NCBI GenBank assembly: GCA_963798485.1
Contig: CAWCTR010000023.1
Coordinates: forward strand, 32,001 to 96,000
Reading direction: 5' to 3'
DNA: 64,000 nucleotides
Source of the DNA: an uncultured delta proteobacterium
GTDB lineage: Bacteria; Desulfobacterota; Desulfomonilia; UBA1062
Below the pieces are notes generated by a model. The model was not told the origin of the DNA, made no database searches, and was given only the letters and a program-made list of their open reading frames with translations. Shown one piece after another: positions 20,280-27,950 of the stretch (positions within the stretch are counted from its first letter, which is position 1; each line of letters opens with the position of its first letter). The position numbers were made by a program, and so were the translations under genes.

Positions 20280-21104
20280 ATGGATACGAACAAAGCGAGA
20301 ACCTTGTTCGTCGTCATAGTCACTGTTGTCTTTCTCATATCCCTTGGTACCTGTAATACCCTCCATGCGGACACAGCGGATGCCCCGGAGAAATCCAAGA
20401 TATTGAAGATCGTCATTGATCCCGGCCATGGGGGAAAGGCCCCGGGTGGTATAGGACCGCATGGCGAGAAGGAGAAGGATATCACCCTTGAGGTGGGCAA
20501 GATCCTTGCGAAACGTCTGGGCGATGAAGGCGTCGAGGTCTTCCTTACGAGGGATGATGATACCTATATCCCGCTTGAAGATCGGACGGCCTTTGCCAAT
20601 AAGCACAACGCGGACCTCTTTGTATCCATCCATGTGAATGCGACTGATGCGAGGTACAGGGATGGGGTTGAGACATATTTTTTGAACCTGACTACCGATG
20701 CCTCGTCCAATAAGGTGGCTGAGCGTGAGAACGCCATGTCTTCCTCGTCCATGCAAGGCATTCAGCTCATCATCAAGGACCTCATGCTGAATGCCAAAAT
20801 CAATGAATCATCGAGGTTCGCCACATTCACCCAGAACGCCATTATCTCTTCTCTGAGAAAGACAGGTTATACCGGGAAAGACCTGGGCGTTAAACAGGCG
20901 CCCTTCTATGTGCTTATGGGCGCGCAGATGCCGGCCATTCTGATAGAGATCGGCTTTATTACCAACCCTGCCGATTGTATGCTCCTGCATAATAATGCAC
21001 ACCTGGAAACCATCGTTGACGGCATCATGGGCGGCATCAAGACCTTTGCGGCAAATTCAACCTATGTTTATAACAACGGAAATCATGAAGATGAAGGGCC
21101 TTAA
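20280..21104 (+). CDS. N-acetylmuramoyl-L-alanine amidase (Amidase_3, catalytic domain only)
   Basis: IDPGHGG, EKDITL, FVSIHVN, PAILIEIGF; N-terminal hydrophobic signal. Confidence 0.93.
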   Translation: MDTNKARTLFVVIVTVVFLISLGTCNTLHADTADAPEKSKILKIVIDPGHGGKAPGGIGPHGEKEKDITLEVGKILAKRLGDEGVEVFLTRDDDTYIPLEDRTAFANKHNADLFVSIHVNATDARYRDGVETYFLNLTTDASSNKVAERENAMSSSSMQGIQLIIKDLMLNAKINESSRFATFTQNAIISSLRKTGYTGKDLGVKQAPFYVLMGAQMPAILIEIGFITNPADCMLLHNNAHLETIVDGIMGGIKTFAANSTYVYNNGNHEDEGP

Positions 21105-21151
21105 GATTATCGCAGGTATATACCTATGTAATGATGATTAATCTGCATCAC

Positions 21152-21464
21152 TTATGCCGCCTCATTGTAAGGGTGCACATCCTTTTTGAGCTTGTCGCTG
21201 AGTTTGTCTTTTGCGACTTCAAGATCATAGTGTGTCTGCATGTTCATCCAGCTCTGGGCATCAATGCCGAAGAACTTAGCAAACCGCAAAGCAGTATCGG
21301 CGGTGATAGCACGCTTGCCGGCTACTATTTCACCGATGCGCCTCTGTGGCACACCTATTGACTTTGCAAGTCGGTACTGGGTTATACCCATCGGCTTCAA
21401 GAAAATCTTCCATAAGGATCTCGCCGGGGTGGATAGGGGGCATTGCCCTCTTTGTCGTCTTCAT
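21152..21464 (-). pseudogene. higA: Second HigA antitoxin, split by a one-base frameshift
   Basis: MKTTKRAMPPIHPGEILMEDF continues in the +1 frame as LKPMGITQYRLAK...; junction GAT TTT CTT GAA G near 21395-21407; AGGAG SD intact. Confidence 0.85.
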
Positions 21465-21489
21465 GCTGGTTCTCCTTTCTGCCCGAATA

Positions 21490-21795
21490 TCATGCTGCAT
21501 TCCGTGAACGTACTTCTTTATCGATTCGAGGTCCCAGCTCTCGTTGAGCAACTTTTAAATCATAGGCTGTTTGTAGGTTGAGCCAGAATTCAGGTGTGGT
21601 CCCAAAATAGTTGGCAAGGCGTAATGCTGTGTCCGGGGTAATTGCACGGTGCTCGTTCATGATAGCATAAATACGGGGCGCGGGCACTTTAAGCTGAAGC
21701 GCCAAGGCATGAGCGCTCATTCCAAGAGGCACAAGAAATTCCTCTCGGAGAATTTCTCCCGGATGAATGGGGCGCATGTTATTCTTAATATTCAT
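21490..21795 (-). CDS. higA: HigA family antitoxin
   Basis: PIHPGEILREEFL, ITPDTALRL, FWLNLQ..YDL. Confidence 0.96.
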   Translation of the reverse strand: MNIKNNMRPIHPGEILREEFLVPLGMSAHALALQLKVPAPRIYAIMNEHRAITPDTALRLANYFGTTPEFWLNLQTAYDLKVAQRELGPRIDKEVRSRNAA

Positions 21796-21805
21796 ATCTC
21801 ACTCC

Positions 21806-22084
21806 TTAGTGGTAATCGACTATCTCCACATCCAATACTTCTCCCTCATCAAACCTAAAGCACATCCGCCACTGGTCGTTTATTCTGATGCTCCATTGTC
21901 CCTTGCGGTTTCCCTTTAGTGCTTCCAAGCGGTTCCCGGGTGGACTTTTCAGATCCTTTAAGGAAATGGCGGAGTCCAGCATTTGCAATTTACGTTCGGC
22001 TATTGCAGAGAACGCCTTGAATCGTCTTGGGGTACGGCCTTCGAACAGTGCTTGCGTGTCCTTGCAGCGAAACGTCCTTATCAC
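21806..22084 (-). CDS. higB: HigB (RelE-family) toxin
   Basis: PPGNRLEALKG, SIRINDQWR, IVDYH; toxin-first order. Confidence 0.96.
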   Translation of the reverse strand: MIRTFRCKDTQALFEGRTPRRFKAFSAIAERKLQMLDSAISLKDLKSPPGNRLEALKGNRKGQWSIRINDQWRMCFRFDEGEVLDVEIVDYH

Positions 22085-22090
22085 ACAAGA

Positions 22091-22124
22091 TGTGTAAAAC
22101 GCGTAGCATTAAACGTCAAGCGTT
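22091..22124 (-). promoter_or_regulatory. higBA promoter with two imperfect operator palindromes
   Basis: TTGACG-N17-TACACA, 6 nt before the GTG; TAACGCttgaCGTTt and TAAtGCtacGCGTTt overlap it. Confidence 0.55.
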
Positions 22125-22131
22125 ATATACA

Positions 22132-23595
22132 CTGGAGTTTCCTGAGTTTTATCACTGAACAGTAGATAACCTATTGAAATAAAGTAAGAAGCTTATTTTA
22201 TCAAGATAACAACGTCTAAGCGTAAAAGATTCCTGAGATTCACCGGCTGATATGGTAGAAAGTAGCTCACATACAGGAGATGGAGACGATATGGCCGGGA
22301 ACTCCAGGATAGCAGCGGATATAAAAGGGCAGATAACGAGATTCTCAGGAATCATTTCCAAGGGATTACCCAAGTCGAAGCAGAAGCTCATTCGAGAGAT
22401 GGTGTATGGGATACAGGCCGGGAAGGATATCAAGTTGTCCAGTGTGAGTCGTAGCCTGAATGAGGCCATACCCCTGATCAAGACGGAGGACCGGTTATCG
22501 AGGAATCTGGATGATCGGGATTTTACGGATGCGATCAACCATGAGATATGCCGCCTTGGGAGCACGAAGGTGCTTGATGATATGGTGATAGCCATAGATC
22601 CTGGAGATATCCGTAAGAAGTATGCCTCGAAGATGGAGTGTCTCTGCAAGGTACATGATGGAAGTGAACATGAGATTGGTGAGGGGTACTGGCTCTGCAA
22701 AGGGGTGGCCGCGGACATTGAGCATAAGAAGGTGATACCGTTGTACCTGGAGGCATATTCGCAGGAAGCCGAGGATTTCAAGAGCGAGAACGATCAGCTC
22801 TTCAAAGTGATCGACACCGTGAGCGCCCATGTGGGGAGCAAAGGTATCTATGCCATCGACCGCGGAGGGGACAGGGGTAAGCTCTATGACAAATTTCTTG
22901 AAAAGGGGAAGGCGAAGCGGTTTGTGATCCGTCTTAAGAAGAACAGAGATCTCATCCATAAAGGCGTCAAAAAGAATTGTCACTTTCTTGCCACGGCCTT
23001 GCCCTGTCCGCATGAAGCGGTCATGATCAAGTATGAGGAAGGGAAAGAACGCCAGGCAAGCGTTTTCTACAATGCCGTGGTGGTGAAACTACCCGGCCAT
23101 GATGCTCCGTTGTTTCTCGTGGTGGCGAAAGGGTTCGGCAAGGAGCCGATGATGCTTTTGACAAGCTGCCCGGTTCACCTGAAGGACCGCGAGACCATCT
23201 GGAGAATCATTGAGATATACCTCACCCGCTGGAAATGCGATGAATCCTTCAGGTACATCAAGCAGTGCTACAATCTTGAAGATATCCGGGTGCGCCATTA
23301 CACCAGTATCCGGAACATGGTGGTCCTTGTCCTTGCCGTCAGCTATTTCGCGGCAGTATATTTAGGGGATAACCTGAGACTCAAAATGCTGGTTGAGAGA
23401 GTGTATATCGTATCCAAGAGGTTCTTCGGCATCCCCACCTTTTTCAATTATGCCATCGCTGATGGGCTCTATAAGCTCCTCTTCTCCGATAAAACCGGAT
23501 TCAACAAGACGGCAAAACCAAAATATCCCGAGTTCCAACTGTGCTTCAGCTTCCTGGAGTGAGTGGGGTTAATTTGAAAACTCAGGAAACTCCAG
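22132..23595 (+). mobile_element. IS4-family insertion sequence, about 1.46 kb
   Basis: Perfect 19-bp TIRs CTGGAGTTTCCTGAGTTTT (22132-22150) and AAAACTCAGGAAACTCCAG (23577-23595); flanks TTATATACA and GTATATACA (TATATACA duplicated). Confidence 0.93.
22291..23562 (+). CDS. IS4-family DDE transposase
   Basis: IAIDPGD, IDRGGD and YLTRWKCDESFRYIK (YREK-like) motifs; GGAG SD before ATG 22291. Confidence 0.92.
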   Translation: MAGNSRIAADIKGQITRFSGIISKGLPKSKQKLIREMVYGIQAGKDIKLSSVSRSLNEAIPLIKTEDRLSRNLDDRDFTDAINHEICRLGSTKVLDDMVIAIDPGDIRKKYASKMECLCKVHDGSEHEIGEGYWLCKGVAADIEHKKVIPLYLEAYSQEAEDFKSENDQLFKVIDTVSAHVGSKGIYAIDRGGDRGKLYDKFLEKGKAKRFVIRLKKNRDLIHKGVKKNCHFLATALPCPHEAVMIKYEEGKERQASVFYNAVVVKLPGHDAPLFLVVAKGFGKEPMMLLTSCPVHLKDRETIWRIIEIYLTRWKCDESFRYIKQCYNLEDIRVRHYTSIRNMVVLVLAVSYFAAVYLGDNLRLKMLVERVYIVSKRFFGIPTFFNYAIADGLYKLLFSDKTGFNKTAKPKYPEFQLCFSFLE

Positions 23596-23620
23596 GTATA
23601 TACAATAAGTATTATGATAA

Positions 23621-23695
23621 TGGTGGAGGTGGAGAGATTTGAACTCTCGACCCTCGCATTGCGAACGCGATGCTCTCCCACTGAGCTACACCCCC
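23621..23695 (-). tRNA. tRNA-Ala (anticodon CGC)
   Basis: GGGGGTGTAGCTCAGTGGGAGAGC...TTCGCAA...GTTCAAATC...CACCTCCACCA; G3:U70 pair; encoded CCA. Confidence 0.97.
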
Positions 23696-23729
23696 ACTCG
23701 GGTCTTTTTTACGTGTACTAGATGGACGA

Positions 23730-26378
23730 CTATTCGTCAACCCTGTGATTCTTCATGTTCCCCGGTTCATCAAGGCGTTTTTTTGCAAACGCGATAGCCT
23801 GCTTGAAGTCTTTGATCTCGTTGTTGAGGCCTTTGTCGCGGATGAGCCTTAACGTGTCGCCCAGGAGCTTGCTTTTCTTGAACCCGAGGGCTATCAGGTC
23901 CTTGCCCGTGACCGGCGGTTTGTATGAGCGCCATGAGGTGATGAACGAAGAGATCATCTCTTTTATCTCCACGCCCTTGGTCTTGGACATTGCATAGAGC
24001 ATCTCCTCCAGAGAGGCCTTTTCCAGAACCTTGACCACGGAAGAGGGCGACTTCTTCCGGAGCATGACCAGCTCCTTCAGGATCGCGTTCACCCTGGTCC
24101 TGGCAGTCAAAATGTTCCGCACGTTCTCATCGGTGAGCCCGAGCCTGCCGCAAATTGCAATGATCTTCTTGGGCTTCATATGTTCCACCAGGGCCAGCAG
24201 GTAGATGAACCACGGGCGGTAGTCCTCATGGGTGTAAAGCAGATTGAACCAGGAGATAGTCTGCTTTACCCTGGCAAAATCTTCCTTGATGGCGGTATTG
24301 AACACGATGTCCGGGTGGATGGCGGTAAGAACATCCAACTCGCGAAGCCGTTCAAGGCTTACAAGCGGGTCGTCCTCCGAGAGGATCTGCCTTATCTCGT
24401 GCGAGATGCGCCTGCCCGGTATGTTGCTCAACAGCCCTGACCTCACCGCGGCATGCACCAGAGAGAGCGTCTGTTTGCCCAGCGCAAACCCATAGCGCTT
24501 CTCAAAGCGTACTGCCCTGAAGATGCGAGAAGGGTCCTCCACAAAGCTGAGCGCATGCAGCACCCTGATATGCCTTTCTTTGATGTCCCTCTGGGCGCCG
24601 AAGAAGTCGATGAGCTCGCCGAAGCGCTGGGGATTGAGGCACACGGCCATAGTGTTGATGGTGAAGTCGCGGCGGTAAAGATCGAGCTTGAGGGTGGACT
24701 GCTCCACTATTGGGTACCCGCCCGGATGTTTATAGTATTCAAGCCTGGCCGTGGCCACATCAATATGGGTGCCGTCTGAGAGGGTAATTACTGCGGTCTT
24801 ATACTTTTCATGCACGGCGCAGCGTGCCCCCAAGGACTGTGTGAGGGTCTTCGCAAAGGCGATGCCGTCGCCCTCCACTACCAGATCGATATCCAGATTG
24901 TTGATCCTCAGCAGCATGTCGCGCACGATCCCGCCCACCAGGTAGATGTTGAATCCCATGGATGCCGCGAGTGTTCCCGCCTGATGCAGCAACATGTTCA
25001 CCTGCCTTGGCAGCCGGTCCTCCAGGAGGGACTGTATGTTCTTTTTCTGCGTTGTCCGGTAATCGACACCTTCCGCCCGGACCATCTTATCATGCATGAT
25101 CCTCATGAGGTCGGTACGGGTTATCACCCCGATGGCCTTGCGGTCTTCCACCACCGGCAGCAGTCGCTGGTTGCCGTCGATGATCAACGTTCGTATCTCC
25201 GAAACCGGTGCGTCGGGCCTGATGAATTTGATATCCCGGAGCATATAGTCTTTGACATTGGCTTCTCCCAGGTCGTGGCCTTGGGCCCGGCTCACCACCT
25301 GCCTGGTGACAACGCCCACCACCCGTTCATCCTTTGACTGAACGATGGCTGCATTGATGTTGTACCGGTTGAGCATAGTGCTCGCCTCATCCATGGTGGC
25401 ATCCATCTTCAATGCAATGACAGGGAAGGTCATGATGTCGCGCGCCGTGATCCTGGGCCTGGTCTCCTTCTTAATGAGGTTCACCAGCATGCTTTCAACG
25501 TTGTCCAGAGAGCTTTCTTTGATGGATGCGGCAGCGGCCGTGGCATGTCCCCCACCGCCGAAACCGGCCGCCACTTCAGCGGCATTGATTTGCGGCACCG
25601 TGCTGCGCGCCACCAGGTAGATGCGCTCGGCCATAAGACCGAGCGCGAACATGGCATCCACCTCGAACATACCCCTGAGCTTATGCACGAGCATGGCGAA
25701 ATCCTCCACATAGCCTGTGGATTCGGAGCGGGTGAACAGCACGTCAATGCCTCCGACGTGGAAGATATAGGCGTTCTTTATGAGCTGATCCAACACGTCC
25801 ACCTGCTCGGGGTTGAGCTCACGGGCGAGCGTATGCGAGACGGCCTTCAGGTCGGCGCCCCAACGGAGGAGATCCGCCAGGGCCGTAGCGTCTTCGGGCC
25901 TGGTGGAGGGGAACAGCAAGGCGCCGGTGTCCTCGAAGATCCCCATGGCCAGGATGGTGGCCTCTTCCGGCGTGGGTGTTATGCCGTTTTCCTTGAGGAT
26001 CTCCACCATAAGCGCGCTGTTGGAGCCGTATTCCCTGCAATGCTCGTTTGCAACCACGATATCGTCGCCGGAAGGCGGGTGATGGTCATAGATGATCACC
26101 TCCACCCCGTCCTTCCCGATGATGCCGGCAAAATCGCCGATGCGAGAGAGCTGCCTGGTATCCACGATAACAAGCCTCGTCACCTTGTTCACCAAGACGG
26201 ATTTCAGCTTGACGATTACGGCAGAGACCTCAGGGGATGCCTGCATAAGGTAGTCCCTCAGGTTCTTCTCCTGGGCGCCGGGAAAGACAAGGATGGCGCC
26301 TGTATGGAGTTTTCTGGCAGCGAGCATCGAGGCAAATGCATCGAAATCCGCTTGGATGTGGGAGGTGATGACCTCCAA
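23730..26378 (-). CDS. DHH-DHHA1-CBS fused tRNA nucleotidyltransferase (probably the A-adding type)
   Basis: HIQADFD, DHH, GGGGH, CBS pair, VGGIVRD..DIDLV, RRDFTIN, EDPSRIFRA; start set at TTG 26378. Confidence 0.9.
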   Translation of the reverse strand: MEVITSHIQADFDAFASMLAARKLHTGAILVFPGAQEKNLRDYLMQASPEVSAVIVKLKSVLVNKVTRLVIVDTRQLSRIGDFAGIIGKDGVEVIIYDHHPPSGDDIVVANEHCREYGSNSALMVEILKENGITPTPEEATILAMGIFEDTGALLFPSTRPEDATALADLLRWGADLKAVSHTLARELNPEQVDVLDQLIKNAYIFHVGGIDVLFTRSESTGYVEDFAMLVHKLRGMFEVDAMFALGLMAERIYLVARSTVPQINAAEVAAGFGGGGHATAAAASIKESSLDNVESMLVNLIKKETRPRITARDIMTFPVIALKMDATMDEASTMLNRYNINAAIVQSKDERVVGVVTRQVVSRAQGHDLGEANVKDYMLRDIKFIRPDAPVSEIRTLIIDGNQRLLPVVEDRKAIGVITRTDLMRIMHDKMVRAEGVDYRTTQKKNIQSLLEDRLPRQVNMLLHQAGTLAASMGFNIYLVGGIVRDMLLRINNLDIDLVVEGDGIAFAKTLTQSLGARCAVHEKYKTAVITLSDGTHIDVATARLEYYKHPGGYPIVEQSTLKLDLYRRDFTINTMAVCLNPQRFGELIDFFGAQRDIKERHIRVLHALSFVEDPSRIFRAVRFEKRYGFALGKQTLSLVHAAVRSGLLSNIPGRRISHEIRQILSEDDPLVSLERLRELDVLTAIHPDIVFNTAIKEDFARVKQTISWFNLLYTHEDYRPWFIYLLALVEHMKPKKIIAICGRLGLTDENVRNILTARTRVNAILKELVMLRKKSPSSVVKVLEKASLEEMLYAMSKTKGVEIKEMISSFITSWRSYKPPVTGKDLIALGFKKSKLLGDTLRLIRDKGLNNEIKDFKQAIAFAKKRLDEPGNMKNHRVDE

Positions 26379-26382
26379 AAGT

Positions 26383-27267
26383 CTACCCCCTTGGGTGATA
26401 CCGCTCGTGAACCTCTTTGAGCCTGGTGGAAGAGAGGTGCGTATAAATCTGCGTGGTGGAGATATCCGCATGGCCAAGCATCATCTGCACCGACCTTAAG
26501 TCCGCACCGCCGCCCAGCAGGTGGGTGGCGAACGAATGCCTGAGCATATGGGGGGATATCTGTTTAAATATGCCCGCCCTCGATGCATACCTCTTGATGG
26601 AATACCAGAAGTTCTGCCTGGTCATGGCGCCCCCCCTCCTCGAGCAGAAGAGGATGTCCGTGGGCTTCTTGACCATATAAGGCCTTGTGTTTTTAAGATA
26701 ATCGTTAACCCAGCGCTGTGCGCTCTCACCCATGGGGACAAGGCGTTCTTTGTCACCCTTGCCCCTGCAGATGAGATAGCCTACATGAAGGTTGAGGTGG
26801 TGGAGTTTAAGGCCGATAAGCTCGCTTACGCGGAGTCCTGTGGCATAGAGAACCTCGAGCATGGCCTTGTCCCTGATACCCAAAGGTGTGCCCACATCAG
26901 GGCTTGCCATGAGCCTTTTCACCTCGTCTATACTCAATACCTCGGGCAGGTACAAACCTTGTTTCGGAGATGCAAGGTCCCGGGTGGGATCAGCGGCTAT
27001 GATCTCTTCTTCGATAAGGAACCGGTAGAATTGCCTGATGGTGGAGAGCCTGCGTCTGATGCTTGTGCCCTTAAGCCCTTTTTCCTTGCAGCGTGAGGTA
27101 TATTCCTCAAGGTCGGCCCCGCTCACCGAAAGCTCGGTGATACCCTTTTCGTCAAGGAAGGTTTTAAGGGCCTCAAGGTCCGCCGCATAGGACGAAACCG
27201 TATTTTCAGGAGAAGATCGTTCGGCGATGAGGTACTCCAGGAAGGAGTCGATCAGCGCATGGCTCAT
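26383..27267 (-). CDS. xerD: Tyrosine recombinase XerD
   Basis: LYATGLRVSEL, GKGDKER, MTRQNFW, HMLRHSFATH, LGHADISTTQIY. Confidence 0.95.
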   Translation of the reverse strand: MSHALIDSFLEYLIAERSSPENTVSSYAADLEALKTFLDEKGITELSVSGADLEEYTSRCKEKGLKGTSIRRRLSTIRQFYRFLIEEEIIAADPTRDLASPKQGLYLPEVLSIDEVKRLMASPDVGTPLGIRDKAMLEVLYATGLRVSELIGLKLHHLNLHVGYLICRGKGDKERLVPMGESAQRWVNDYLKNTRPYMVKKPTDILFCSRRGGAMTRQNFWYSIKRYASRAGIFKQISPHMLRHSFATHLLGGGADLRSVQMMLGHADISTTQIYTHLSSTRLKEVHERYHPRG

Positions 27268-27950
27268 CTCTTGGTGATCTTGGCGTGCAGCCCCGAAGCA
27301 GCAAGGTCATTCAGGGCCGGCTCAGAACTCTTGCGGTTGGGGTAAGCCCCTGAGAGTACCCGGTATGCCGAGTCGGATTCCTTCATGATATAGGTCGCTA
27401 CACCAACACCGCGAAGCTTATCCGCCGTTTTTTGGGCCTGATCCCTGTCGGGCAATACGCCCAGCTCGATAGTATAAGGTACGCTCGATCCGATAAAGGA
27501 TTCGGTATCAATGACGCCAGTGTCCTGAAGATCCTTCATCCGCTTTATAGCTTCATTGTCTGAAGAGAAGGCCCCTACGTCGATACGATACCAGATGCCG
27601 GTAGGACCCAGATCGATCTTGGTGATGAACACACCATCGAGCTTCCGGTACTTCTGTTTGTACTGGGCAATGGCATCCTTTTTGGTCTGCCAGGATGATA
27701 TGTGGATGGTATACGGGTAAAAGGCGGATTTTTTGAATTGAGGAACCGCCGGAGTCGGCGTCTTATCAAGAGGGGCCGGTTCAGCGCTTTGTGCCGGTTC
27801 AGGCGCAGACATCTTTTCGGCCGCAGCCGGAGGTTGCTCTTTTTGCTGGTTCCGATCGATCTGCTTCGTAATCACATTACTCAGCCCGTAGTCGGCGAAG
27901 AGCGGCAAGGACACCAAAAGGAACACCACAAACAACATCAGGCGTTTCAA
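27264..27950 (-). CDS. SPOR-domain protein (two SPOR domains)
   Basis: Signal peptide, Pro/Ala linker, YTIHISS..WYRIDVGAF and YTIELG..YRVLSGAY. Confidence 0.8.
   Translation of the reverse strand: MKRLMLFVVFLLVSLPLFADYGLSNVITKQIDRNQQKEQPPAAAEKMSAPEPAQSAEPAPLDKTPTPAVPQFKKSAFYPYTIHISSWQTKKDAIAQYKQKYRKLDGVFITKIDLGPTGIWYRIDVGAFSSDNEAIKRMKDLQDTGVIDTESFIGSSVPYTIELGVLPDRDQAQKTADKLRGVGVATYIMKESDSAYRVLSGAYPNRKSSEPALNDLAASGLHAKITKR

Noticed and set aside
21105-22130. higBA as integron cassettes
   Set aside because: No recognisable attC sites; both tyrosine recombinases are Xer-like without the IntI insertion
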